Source of the DNA: Cyclobacteriaceae bacterium
Lineage (GTDB): Bacteria > Bacteroidota > Bacteroidia > Cytophagales > Cyclobacteriaceae
DNA length: 64,000 nucleotides
Assembly: GCA_049115735.1 (NCBI GenBank)
Contig: JAGDZP010000009.1
Coordinates: 36,355-100,354, forward strand
Reading direction: 5' to 3'
Shown here in pieces: positions 48,913 to 59,700 of this stretch. Under the pieces are notes generated by a model that made no database searches, was not told where the DNA came from, and was given only the letters and a program-made list of their open reading frames with translations. Numbering within the stretch: position 1 is the stretch's first letter; each line of letters starts with the position of its first letter. The position numbers were made by a program, and so were the translations under genes.

Positions 48913-50796
48913 TCAAGTTCGCTCAGAAAGCTCTAACCACCTCATTTCCTTTTCATCAATTTCTTCTGTTAGCCTTTCTATTTCCTCAGACCACTCTGCC
49001 AGCTCAGTATGATTTGAGCTACCGGAATTGAGTTTTTTCACTAACTCAACTTTTTGTTCCTCCAATTCGGGCAGGGATGTTTCTAATGATTTAAACTCTT
49101 TTTGCTCGTTGTAGCTGAGCTTTTTGTTGTCTGTTTTTGCTTTAATTTGAGGCTTTTCAGTTTTTTCTTTTTTGACCTCCTTGGTAGGGGCTTTGGGAGT
49201 CGATTTGCTCTTCTCTCGATAATCAGTGTAGTTGCCTGGAAAATCTCGAATGTCTGGAGTGGAGTCAAGTATGAACAAATGATCTACCAACTTGTCCATA
49301 AAATAGCGGTCGTGCGATACCAATATCAAACAACCTGAAAAATTCTGAAGGTAGTCTTCCAGAATGTTGAGCGTAACTATATCCAGGTCATTGGTGGGCT
49401 CATCCAATATCAGAAAATTTGGATTGGACATCAATACCCTAAGCAACTGAAGTCTTCTTTTTTCCCCGCCACTCAATTTGGATACGTGATCGTATTGTGA
49501 TGCCGGCGCGAAAAGAAACAGGTTAAGCAACTGAGAAGCCGTTACAGTACTTCCGTCATCTAGGGTAATGATTTCAGCCACTTCCTTTACCACGTCTATT
49601 ACTTTCTGATTGGGTTGGGCAGGAAACTCGTCTTGCGTATAGTAACCGAATTTTGTATTCTGGCCTAAATCAATTTCTCCTGAATCGGATGCTATTTTCC
49701 CAGTCAGTACATTCAGGAATGTCGACTTTCCCGTGCCATTTTTTCCTACTATCCCGAGTTTTTCGCCACGTTTAAAAATGTAAGAGAATTCCTTAAAAAT
49801 GTCTTTGTCATCATATGACTTGGAGATTTTATCTAGTTCTATGATTTTCTTGCCTTGTCTGCTACCTGATACTTTTATTTCCAGTTCGCTCTTTGTCAGG
49901 TTAACGTGGGCTTTTTTCTTGGTTTCATAAAAAGCATCAATGCGATATTTTGCTTTGGTACCCCTGGCCTTGGGTTGTCGGCGCATCCACTCCAGCTCCT
50001 TTTTCATGAGGTTACGAGCTTTGTCCTTGGATGCCTGCTGCATTTCGTCTCTCTCCGCCTTTTGTTCGAGGTACCTACTGTAGTTGCCTTTGAACTTATA
50101 TAGCTGGCCATCTGCTATTTCAATAATTTCATTGGTCACCTTGTCCAAAAAATACCTATCGTGCGTCACCATTAGGATAGAAAGGTTCGCTGTTGATAGA
50201 TAGTCTTCAAGCCATTCTATTATTTCTAAATCCAGGTGGTTGGTAGGCTCATCCAAAATCAACACATCTGGTTTGTCAATCAGGACTTTGGCTAGCGCTA
50301 TTCTTTTCTTTTGGCCACCGGATAAGTTTTTTATTTCCCTATCCAGCTCAGATATGCCAAGCTTACCTAGTATTTCTTTAGCGCGGTGTTCGTAGTTCCA
50401 GGCATTTAAACTGTCAATTTCACTGAATAGTTTCTGGAGGGTTTCCTGTTCTTTGTCACTTGGATTTTCTTTTTCAGCCAGCTGATTGTATTTTTTCAAA
50501 ACAATCGCTTCAGGGTGATCCGAATCAAAAATGGAATCTAAGATGGTGGTGAATCCTTCAAGGTTTGGAGACTGCTCTAGGTAGCGGACTACTACATCTT
50601 TTTGAAATGATATAACACCACTATCCGGCGCATCTATTCCTGCGAGCAGGTTCAGTAAAGTGGATTTGCCACAGCCATTTACTCCAATCAACGCCACTTT
50701 TTGACCTTGTTCCAGACCAAAAGTTAAGTCGTCAAAGAGTACTTTTTCGTTAAAGCTTTTGCTTAATTTTTCTACAGAAAGGTAATTGATGGGCAT
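48913..50796 (-). CDS. ABC-F family ATPase (two ABC domains plus a C-terminal coiled-coil/lysine-rich arm)
   Basis: Two Walker A / signature sets (LSGGQKKRIALAKVL, LSGGEKRRLQLLRVL), an inter-domain linker, no TM, 627 aa. Confidence 0.85.
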   Translation of the reverse strand: MPINYLSVEKLSKSFNEKVLFDDLTFGLEQGQKVALIGVNGCGKSTLLNLLAGIDAPDSGVISFQKDVVVRYLEQSPNLEGFTTILDSIFDSDHPEAIVLKKYNQLAEKENPSDKEQETLQKLFSEIDSLNAWNYEHRAKEILGKLGISELDREIKNLSGGQKKRIALAKVLIDKPDVLILDEPTNHLDLEIIEWLEDYLSTANLSILMVTHDRYFLDKVTNEIIEIADGQLYKFKGNYSRYLEQKAERDEMQQASKDKARNLMKKELEWMRRQPKARGTKAKYRIDAFYETKKKAHVNLTKSELEIKVSGSRQGKKIIELDKISKSYDDKDIFKEFSYIFKRGEKLGIVGKNGTGKSTFLNVLTGKIASDSGEIDLGQNTKFGYYTQDEFPAQPNQKVIDVVKEVAEIITLDDGSTVTASQLLNLFLFAPASQYDHVSKLSGGEKRRLQLLRVLMSNPNFLILDEPTNDLDIVTLNILEDYLQNFSGCLILVSHDRYFMDKLVDHLFILDSTPDIRDFPGNYTDYREKSKSTPKAPTKEVKKEKTEKPQIKAKTDNKKLSYNEQKEFKSLETSLPELEEQKVELVKKLNSGSSNHTELAEWSEEIERLTEEIDEKEMRWLELSERT

Positions 50797-50819
50797 GTGC
50801 CAGTGATCGTCGGGTTATA

Positions 50820-51146
50820 TCACACAGCAAAGCTTTCGCCACAGCCACAAGTCCTGGTAGCGTTTGGATTTACAAACTGAAATCCTTTTCCGTTTAATCC
50901 ATCCGAAAAGTCCAGAGTGGTGCCTAGAAGATAAAAAAGGCTTTTCTTGTCCACTATGATTTTCACTCCTTTGTCTTCAAAGACATCATCCTCCTCGGAA
51001 ATTTTATTATCGAAAGTCAGATCATACATCAATCCTGAGCATCCACCGCCCTTTACAGATACACGGATGTGATGATCCTCTGTGAATCCGTCACCATTTC
51101 TCAGTGTTTCAACCCTATTTTTCGCACTATCAGTTACAGAAATCAT
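50820..51146 (-). CDS. iscA: Iron-sulfur cluster insertion protein (IscA/ErpA/SufA, HesB family)
   Basis: GGGCSG and C-terminal CGCGESF motifs. 108 aa. Confidence 0.85.
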   Translation of the reverse strand: MISVTDSAKNRVETLRNGDGFTEDHHIRVSVKGGGCSGLMYDLTFDNKISEEDDVFEDKGVKIIVDKKSLFYLLGTTLDFSDGLNGKGFQFVNPNATRTCGCGESFAV

Positions 51147-51286
51147 CTTTTCGATCTAATTAATTCGGACTTTGATTGAATATCAAATTATAAAAACTCA
51201 AACCCTTCAACATGAGAAAAAGTTTCACGATTTTTGCAAAAATAAGTAATTATTTAGAATAATTATAAATTAAAAAAAGAGGCAAC

Positions 51287-51688
51287 ATGAGACTGGAACA
51301 TATTGGAATTGCTGTAAAGGAACTAGGAATTTCTAATGATGTTTTTGCCAAACTCCTGGGAAAGGACAATTACAAAACTGAGCATGTAGCTTCAGAATCT
51401 GTGACGACATCTTTTTTTCAAACTGGCGAACCAAAGATAGAATTACTGGAATCGGAAGATGTAAACAGCGCAGTTTCAAAGTTCATCGAAAAGAGAGGGG
51501 AGGGCATTCACCACCTGGCTTTTAATGTTGATGATATAGAGAAAGAAATGAAAAGGCTTACAAAGCTCGGATTTCGACTGATCAATGAAACCCCAAAGAA
51601 AGGGGCTGACAATAAGTTGATTTGTTTCATCCATCCAAAATCGACAAATGGTGTGTTGGTAGAATTGTGCCAGGATATAAAGGAATAA
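51287..51688 (+). CDS. Methylmalonyl-CoA epimerase (VOC family)
   Basis: LEHIGIAVKELG N-terminus and GEGIHHLAF. 133 aa. Confidence 0.7.
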   Translation: MRLEHIGIAVKELGISNDVFAKLLGKDNYKTEHVASESVTTSFFQTGEPKIELLESEDVNSAVSKFIEKRGEGIHHLAFNVDDIEKEMKRLTKLGFRLINETPKKGADNKLICFIHPKSTNGVLVELCQDIKE

Positions 51689-51692
51689 ATTT

Positions 51693-52733
51693 ATGAGTGA
51701 GAAAAAAGAAGAGAGCAGAACGGAAATAGGTGAGATTGGAGAGTTTGGGTTGATAGACCGAATTCGTACGAAATTTAAAGCAAGCAATGCTTCAACTATT
51801 CATGGTATTGGGGATGATGCTGCTGTATTTGAAAGCTCTTCTCACTTGTCATTGCTGTCTTCAGACATGCTAGTTGAGGGCGTTCATTTCGATTTGTCAT
51901 ATATGCCACTTCAACACCTTGGTTACAAGGCTGTAGCTGTGAATGTATCTGACATAGCAGCCATGAATGGTATTCCACAGCAAATCACAGTAAATTTAGG
52001 GTTGAGCAATCGCTTTTCTGTGGAGGCGGTGGAAACATTGTATGAGGGGATTAAATACGCATGTGAAGATTTTGGTGTTGACCTGGTCGGTGGAGATACA
52101 ACGGCCTCTCATTCCGGATTGGTGATTTCAGTATCAGTGACGGGAACAGTCACTAAGGATAAAATAGTATATAGAAATTCTGCTGAGGTAAACGATATTC
52201 TGTGTGTAACAGGCGATTTGGGCTCGGCCTTTATGGGACTTCAAATTTTGGAAAGGGAAAAGGAGGTATTCAAAACAAACCCTGAAATGCAGCCTGAACT
52301 TGACAAATATGAATACCTGGTCAGGAGGCAGCTCAAGCCAAAAGCCCGAATGGATATTATTCATGAATTGGCTGAATTGAAAATAATTCCAACGTCGATG
52401 ATAGATGTGTCTGATGGCCTTGTGTCGGAGGCCTTTCATATCTGCCAACAATGCGATCTGGGTGTGGCAATATTCGAAGACAAACTTCCTATTGACCAGG
52501 AGACCTACAATGCAGCGGGTGAATTCCAGATGGACCCAACCACATGCGCACTGAACGGGGGTGAAGATTACGAATTGCTGTTTACGATAGGGCAAGATCT
52601 GCATGATGACCTTAAGAACCATCCGGACATCACCATGATTGGTTATATGAACGAAGCTGACAAAGGGAGAAACCTGGTAACAAAGAAAGAAAATGTTGTT
52701 GCCCTTCAAGCGCAGGGCTGGAAACATTTCTAA
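51693..52733 (+). CDS. thiL: Thiamine-monophosphate kinase
   Basis: IGEFGLIDRIR, GDDAAV and the AIR-synthase-related fold. Confidence 0.8.
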   Translation: MSEKKEESRTEIGEIGEFGLIDRIRTKFKASNASTIHGIGDDAAVFESSSHLSLLSSDMLVEGVHFDLSYMPLQHLGYKAVAVNVSDIAAMNGIPQQITVNLGLSNRFSVEAVETLYEGIKYACEDFGVDLVGGDTTASHSGLVISVSVTGTVTKDKIVYRNSAEVNDILCVTGDLGSAFMGLQILEREKEVFKTNPEMQPELDKYEYLVRRQLKPKARMDIIHELAELKIIPTSMIDVSDGLVSEAFHICQQCDLGVAIFEDKLPIDQETYNAAGEFQMDPTTCALNGGEDYELLFTIGQDLHDDLKNHPDITMIGYMNEADKGRNLVTKKENVVALQAQGWKHF

Positions 52734-52883
52734 AAATAAAAGTCATTCTTTCTGGGGATTTTAAGGCCATTTGAGGCGATTTATGTCGGCTTAAGGTATG
52801 CTATACATTTCCTAAATCATTTCAGGTAAGATTTTTGTTCTTTAAGAAAATAAGTTTCTATTTTTATATAGAATTTCCAGAAA

Positions 52884-53312
52884 ATGATAAAGAATCCTGT
52901 CATACCGGTTAATGCGAAGGTTTATTTGGACAAACCTTATGTGACTATATTCTGGAACCCAGCAAACAAAATTCTGGCGAGTATCTGGAAGGGCTTCTCT
53001 ACATTTGACGAAATCAATGCCATTGGCCAGCGGATTTTGGACGCGGTAGTTTTTGAAAAAGCGACCAAAGTCTTGTATGATGCCAGGGAGATGGAAATTC
53101 TTGACAATGATTCAGAAAAATATATCAGTGGAGCATTTACCAAAGAAATGGTAAACGCTGGTGTGAAGTATGCAGCTACCGTCTTGCCCGAAGACGTGTT
53201 TGCCAAATACTCAGTCGATAATATTCAAAAGTCCATCGACAACAACAAAAATGCTCTGGTGAACTATTTTAAGTCACTGGACAGTGCCTTAAAATGGCTT
53301 GAAAACAAGTGA
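52884..53312 (+). CDS. Hypothetical 142-aa protein
   Basis: ORF with plausible coding composition and no recognised motif. Confidence 0.3.
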   Translation: MIKNPVIPVNAKVYLDKPYVTIFWNPANKILASIWKGFSTFDEINAIGQRILDAVVFEKATKVLYDAREMEILDNDSEKYISGAFTKEMVNAGVKYAATVLPEDVFAKYSVDNIQKSIDNNKNALVNYFKSLDSALKWLENK

Positions 53313-53393
53313 TACTTTAGCATTAACTTTTTTTAACACTCCCCTTTACAACACTTTTATTTTCCGTTCGTAATTTTCAGCAGTAGTTGAAGG

Positions 53394-54875
53394 TTGACAA
53401 TTCTTAATGAGCGAACGATGAACTTGATAAAAACAATATTGGTGGCGATGATAGCTGGAGGCATGGGTGTATTTGCAACCCTTAGCTATGTTGATCGGAA
53501 TGCGCAAAATGAGATAGCCGTACAGCAAATTCAACCAGTGAACGATTCAGCTGAAGAAGCTATAGACCCAACTCCAACTGAAGTGAGCAGTGTCAAGAGA
53601 CCTGCAAACATAACTTTTGATACGGATTTCGTTACTGCTTCGGAAATGAGCACTTCGAGCGTAGTGTTCGTGAAAAATGTAAGTCATATTAAATATCGCT
53701 CTGGACATTGGATGGATTGGTTTTTTGAGCCAAGAACAGCAGAGCAAGTCAGTACTGGCTCTGGAGTGTTTTATTCATCGGATGGATACATTGTGACCAA
53801 CAACCATGTGATTGATGATGCGGATGAGATTGAAATAATTCACAACAAGAAGACTTATAAGGCGGAGTTGGTAGGAACAGATCCCTCAACAGACTTGGCG
53901 GTTATTAAAGTTGAGGGAGGTTCCTTCCCAACCATTCCACTGGGAAAGTCTTCAGATGTAAAAGTAGGAGAGTGGGCTTTGGCAGTGGGTAACCCATTTA
54001 ACCTTACTTCTACTGTTACGGCAGGCATTGTATCAGCCAAGGGCAGAAATATCAACATCCTAAAGGACAAGTTCCCCATCGAGTCTTTCATTCAAACAGA
54101 TGCGGCGATTAATCCAGGCAACAGTGGTGGTGCACTGGTAAATATTAAGGGAGAGTTAATCGGTATCAATACAGCTATTTTGTCCCGTACGGGATCTTAT
54201 GCAGGTTATGGTTTTGCTGTGCCAGTAGATATCATGAAGAAAGTTGTAAATGATTTGATCAACTATGGTGAGGTGCAGAAAGTCTTTATTGGAGCAGAAT
54301 ACATTGATGTTGACAGTGAGATAGCCAAGGAACTGGAGATAGATGGACTTAATGGGGTGATCATAACTCAGGTTCAGAATAACTGGGCCGCTGATAAAGC
54401 TGGCTTGAAAAAGGGCGATATAATCCTGAGTATAGATGATCAGGTGATTGATGGAAAAGGAGACCTTGAAGAGCGACTGGGGTACTTCTATCCGGGAGAT
54501 GAAATGAATTTGAAAATACAAAGAGGCGATAAGACTCTGGAGAAGCAAGTAGTTTTAACCAATCGGGAAGGGACAGCTGGAATTATTAAAAAGGAGATTT
54601 ATAACTCTGAATCGCTTATGGTCGTTCTAGAGAAATTACCAAAACTAGAGCAAGATATGCTCGGTGTTGAAGGTGGAGTGAAGGTAGTGGAGATTGGTTC
54701 AGGCTTCTTTAGAAAACTGGATATTCCTGAAGACTTTATCATTACGGAGATCAATAATACACCGATAGAATCGCCAGCCGAACTTGAAGAGATATTACTA
54801 AAAATTAGAGGGAGAGTAATTATCTCAGGTGTAAATACGAGAGGCAAGAAGGTTTACTACCAATATCTTTTCTAG
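53394..54875 (+). CDS. htrA: HtrA/DegP/DegQ-family periplasmic serine endoprotease with two PDZ domains
   Basis: TNNHVI (His), D, and GNSGGALVN (Ser) catalytic triad motifs. Two PDZ-like segments follow. Confidence 0.85.
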   Translation: MTILNERTMNLIKTILVAMIAGGMGVFATLSYVDRNAQNEIAVQQIQPVNDSAEEAIDPTPTEVSSVKRPANITFDTDFVTASEMSTSSVVFVKNVSHIKYRSGHWMDWFFEPRTAEQVSTGSGVFYSSDGYIVTNNHVIDDADEIEIIHNKKTYKAELVGTDPSTDLAVIKVEGGSFPTIPLGKSSDVKVGEWALAVGNPFNLTSTVTAGIVSAKGRNINILKDKFPIESFIQTDAAINPGNSGGALVNIKGELIGINTAILSRTGSYAGYGFAVPVDIMKKVVNDLINYGEVQKVFIGAEYIDVDSEIAKELEIDGLNGVIITQVQNNWAADKAGLKKGDIILSIDDQVIDGKGDLEERLGYFYPGDEMNLKIQRGDKTLEKQVVLTNREGTAGIIKKEIYNSESLMVVLEKLPKLEQDMLGVEGGVKVVEIGSGFFRKLDIPEDFIITEINNTPIESPAELEEILLKIRGRVIISGVNTRGKKVYYQYLF

Positions 54876-54885
54876 GGAAACTGAA

Positions 54886-56067
54886 CTATCGATTAGCCAC
54901 GATGACAAACTCAACCCGTCGGTTGAGTGCCTGACCTTCAGGGGTGTCGTTGGAAACGATGGGCTTGCTGCTACCATAACCTTTGAAACCAATGCGCAGC
55001 TCGTTAACGTCTCGAACTTTCGTTAAATAATCAACCACTGCTTTGGCACGACGTGTGGAAAGCTTGTAGTTGTATTCTTCATCGCCCACGTTATCTGTGT
55101 GTCCCTCAATTTCAATTTTGATCTTCACATTTTCAACCATGTAATCGTATAACTTGTCAAGCTCTACGAATGATGGTTCAAGTATTACAGCCTTATCGAA
55201 ATCAAACTGAATATTATTAAGAATAAACTTTTTGCCAACTGTGGCAGGCCCAAAATAGTCTTCATCATCAGTGCCTTTTTCAACTAACAGCTCTTCTGGG
55301 TAAATTGGTTCAGAAGGATCAACTGGCGTGACACGGACGTCATCAATGAAATAATAGGCCATCATCGGCTGCAGGTGTTTGGGTACCTTGTCTTTTTTAG
55401 GAACCGGAAACTTCCTCTTTGTCTTTTCTACTTGGATGTTTTGGTCATTGATGAAGTTGCCTATGGTTAGTGCCAATTCGTCTCCTTTAGCCACAAAGGT
55501 TCCAGATACCTTAGTCCACCCGTTGATATTGTTAATTATGGAGTCTGGATTACTCTGTATTTGAGGTTTGTAATATCCTAATTCCATAGCCTTCCAATCC
55601 ATATGCGGTAAGTTTTGCGTGAAATACATACCGAGGCTGTTTACAGCATATTCACAGTTCTCAGCCAGGTTTACCCACATTTCTGCATAGTAAGAATTTC
55701 CTTTTATAAGCGGCTTTGTCAATTGTACCATTACAAATTCCCTATGGTTTGCAGGCAGCTTCCAGGTTTTGCCACTCTTAGAAGTGAGATAAGCAATTAG
55801 GCCAGCATAGGCGTCACCCGTTCGTGGCTTTTGCAAGCCAAAAATATTTCGTGGAATCCCTACCATATTGCCATAGGCACAGGTATGAAATAAATCAGGG
55901 GAAGGATCTGCAGTGCCGAAAGGAAACCACGCCTTTGTAAACTTTAGCTGGTTCATTGAAAATGGACAATTCTTCATTTCCTCAAAACTCGGATTTGTCA
56001 CCATATTCTGTCCAAGAGAAATACTTGTACAGAGAATTACTAAGGAAAAGGCAAATAAGAATTTCAA
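54886..56067 (-). CDS. OmpA-family protein (N-terminal unknown domain + C-terminal OmpA peptidoglycan-binding domain)
   Basis: Signal peptide. C-terminal GHTDNVGDEEYNYKLSTRRAKAV...NRRVEFVIV OmpA_C motif. Confidence 0.75.
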   Translation of the reverse strand: MKFLFAFSLVILCTSISLGQNMVTNPSFEEMKNCPFSMNQLKFTKAWFPFGTADPSPDLFHTCAYGNMVGIPRNIFGLQKPRTGDAYAGLIAYLTSKSGKTWKLPANHREFVMVQLTKPLIKGNSYYAEMWVNLAENCEYAVNSLGMYFTQNLPHMDWKAMELGYYKPQIQSNPDSIINNINGWTKVSGTFVAKGDELALTIGNFINDQNIQVEKTKRKFPVPKKDKVPKHLQPMMAYYFIDDVRVTPVDPSEPIYPEELLVEKGTDDEDYFGPATVGKKFILNNIQFDFDKAVILEPSFVELDKLYDYMVENVKIKIEIEGHTDNVGDEEYNYKLSTRRAKAVVDYLTKVRDVNELRIGFKGYGSSKPIVSNDTPEGQALNRRVEFVIVANR

Positions 56068-56112
56068 AAATCTTAGCTTTTTAGTCTAAGGGAATAAATA
56101 CCCTATGGATTG

Positions 56113-56634
56113 TTATAGATCCTTCAAATGATGAATGTGCTCATCGATCAGGTCTATACGCGTAGTTACTGCTTCTATATATCGAAATAGTTCTTCTTCT
56201 AACTCCTCAGTTTCAGCCGCAGTATCATTAATTGTTTTCCGTTGATGCTTTTCAATAGTCTTTACCTTTTCGCACTCTTCCTTCAGGAAGGCTAGAAAAT
56301 TAGGTGTGGTGTATTTGGTTTCAACAATCATGATATCATCTATTGTTGCTTTTGCTTCCAGGTCTTCACTTGCCTTGTATTTGTCCGTTACAATGAAGTA
56401 AAGAGTGGTATCATAATGATGAATTTTGTTGAGAAGTTCTGTCATTTCTTGTCTATAGTGCTTTTCATGGCAATATCTCTCCATACCCTCAAATGTTTCT
56501 AGATTTACAGCTTCGTCATCCCATTTATACCGCAACTCATCTACAATGATTACAATATCCTCACCTTCCTCTTCTTGTGCAAAAAGGGCCACACTTGTCA
56601 TAAGACATATTATCAGCAGAATGTATTTTTTCAT
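56113..56634 (-). CDS. Secreted acidic hypothetical protein (173 aa)
   Basis: Signal peptide SVALFAQ. No motif. Confidence 0.35.
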   Translation of the reverse strand: MKKYILLIICLMTSVALFAQEEEGEDIVIIVDELRYKWDDEAVNLETFEGMERYCHEKHYRQEMTELLNKIHHYDTTLYFIVTDKYKASEDLEAKATIDDIMIVETKYTTPNFLAFLKEECEKVKTIEKHQRKTINDTAAETEELEEELFRYIEAVTTRIDLIDEHIHHLKDL

Positions 56635-56734
56635 CGTATTTATGTTTTAGAAAAAGTAGTTCAAATTATTATCAATATTAAACAATCGGTTGTAAAAAGA
56701 CTCTTACCAAAGTGCTCGTTCTATGCTATGAAAA

Positions 56735-59700
56735 TTAGCGCAACAAATAAAGCTTGCCAAAACCATTCTTGAACGCCTGGTCCGAAGATGTAGATCTATG
56801 CGTAATCTCCTTGCCATTGTTCTTAAGATAGACTTTGTACAAATACACACCGTTGGCGAGCTGATCTCCAAACTCATCTTTGCCATCCCAGGCATAGTCA
56901 GTAATGTTGTTTCCTATCCTAATGTTTCCAAGCTCCTGCATAAATATTTCACGAACCACCCTTCCAGTCACGGTCATTATTTGAATCTTGATATCATCCG
57001 GAATGTCATTTCCGGTGAGGGTAAACACAAACTTCGTGCTAGAGCTGAATGGGTTAGGGTATGGATAGAAATTGGTGATGGTTGATTCGTTGATTACCTC
57101 GAAATTGATTTCATAAGGTTCTGTGCCGGATTCATTACCTGTTTCGTCACTGGCCTGCACACTAAGCGTATACATTCCATTGGCTAGGTTTCCCGGATTG
57201 AAGTCTATTTCAAAGTCCTGATCTTCACTGGCAGCCACCCATGTAATCTCCGGGCTACTCAATGCCACGCGCTCAAAATCACAACCGTCACAGGGTCGCC
57301 TTAGGGAAATGTTGATACCGGTGGTATCATCTTTAAAAAGGTATTCATTCTCATCTTTCATCGATACCTTGATTTGCGGATTGGGTGAAACAATATCCCC
57401 ATCCATAATGAATACACCATCAAAAGAAACTTCTAAAATAGGATTGGACTGGTCGTCTGATACATTGAAGAAATCCGTAATTCTCAGATTGTTGTTGTTG
57501 ATGTGGACTTCTTTCTGATCGGTTTGAATTTTCATGATCAGGTCATTGGTACCGACTCGGTCAAGCGTTTGAATGTCAATATCGAAGTTCACCGAATCTC
57601 CGGCATTTAGCGCCTGCAATTTTAGTGAGTCCGCATACAGGACAGAGGTTTCCTGATTGAATACCTGAAAATTAAGTTTTACAGAATCTGCATAGTTTTT
57701 CTTTGAGACATTCCAGTAGGTGAATTCGCTTCTGAATTCCTGACCTTCTTGCCTCGAAATGGAAGTTTCTATGCCGGAATTATCTCTTTTCAGCAAGATG
57801 CCCTCAGGAGCATGCTCATAAACGATAGACCAGCTTTGGAGCTGAGATGGCGATAAGTCTACTTTGTCCTCCAGGTCCAATTTCAATCGAAGATATGGAT
57901 ATGTATTGGCATCAATACTAGAAATATCTAATGAAGCGTCTTGTACATGTTCAAATAGCAGCACTTCATTATTTTGTAGATCAACTCCATAAATTGAAAA
58001 GTCAAAAACTTCAGAATCGTTATTATTCGCTATGTCAATCTCACTTTTGAAAGTATCATAGGATAAAGCCGGTCCAATGATCTCTGAGGTCAGGTTACCA
58101 CTGAAAAAGCTCCCTGATATTGTAGATAACAAATTTAACTCCTGTTCTCCCTTTGGTGCTTCCAGCGCAAGCAATTGCGTTGCGCTTCCCTGTGGGCTGC
58201 CCTTGCTGCCATAAAAAATAATTGGTTCTCCATCTTCCAATCCATCAATAGTACTTTGGTTTATACCTAGATTAACCAATTTGTCTTTCAGTGTTGTGGG
58301 CCATGTGGAGTAGTTCAAAGTACCCAATGAAAATATCAGCACATTGTCCCTGTCTTTGATGTTGTCAAGAATCACTTCGGGATTGATACCACTACCAAAT
58401 TCACTTTCTGTGAAGTTGTGAATCGCCTGAGGAACTTTGCCGCACACCCTATTATTAAGTACATCTGCTTGTCCGAAATTCACAGGCTTGTATGGAACTG
58501 TGGATTGGTAGTCGAAAGGTACAATGTTGAGTGTGTTGTTTCTGCATCCAGGGTCGGCAGGGGCATTGGTTTCGTAGAAGTTAATTCCATCCAAAAATAG
58601 CTCAACGTCCTGGTAATTCTTTGACGGGTGTGTTGGGCCGAATGTATTGATTTGCAGCGATGTGTTGTTGGAAAGAAAATCCCACACGCCATTGGTGGCA
58701 TCATAAGTCAGCCCAGAGCTTTGTGCTTCGTCTAGTTGATCACTGTGTGCTTGAATCCAGCCTTCATCTGCATCCTGAAGTACAAATGAACTTGTCACCC
58801 AGTCATCGATTTCTGATGGCAAGGGGTTGGCAAATTTAGTTCTCCAAAAAATAGCTGTGCCCGAGGGAAGTGCCCCCTCTTGTTCCAGATCAATGCTTGC
58901 TTTCGTTACCACATGTTCAGTGAATGATCTTTGAATCAGATAGTCCGAATCAAAACTTGCGGCAGTATCAATTTCTATCAAAAATTCACGTCGACCAGAT
59001 AGTAAATCCGTTGCTTGGAAATAGAAATCAACTGTTCCCTGGTTTTCTATCGAGTTGTCCTGTGGCAGAATATTGAAGGTGCTTCCGGTGGCCAGGAATA
59101 TCTCAACTTTTACCGAATTGTTAGTTTCATCAAGCTCGTCAATATTATCGGCCTCATCCAGAATTATTTCAAAGGTGTTATTTCCTGCTACCTCTTCAAG
59201 CTGATTGTTAATGTTGAATCTTAAAGTGTCTTGCCGTAAGATTGGGTCATACTCAAGAGGACCATATTCAATTTCACTGCCATTGGGTAGTGTCCTTTTT
59301 ATGGTTACGAAAAATGGTTCAGCACTATACTTACCATAATTTTTGACATCAATGTCAAAATAGAAAGAATCAACAGCCGCCAGTAAAGGAGAGGATGTGT
59401 AAGTCTCCGTGGTTAGATTTTCTTCCACGATATCCAAGTCAGGTTTCTCAGCACCAAATACTTTTATCGCTGGGTCTCCCTGCATAACAAATTGCTGAAT
59501 TTGCGAAGCACTGAAGAAATTATCACCGTAATTGACCTGGTATCTTCGCGCAATTTCTTGCCTGATCTTGCCAAGAGACTGGGCGAAGAAATTCTCGTCA
59601 GCATAAGCTACTTCATAAAACAGTTTGCTATAGTTTCTAAGATTACCGGAGAAGGCTATACTACTATGGGCCATAAAGCCCAATGCTCCCAGATCAGGTG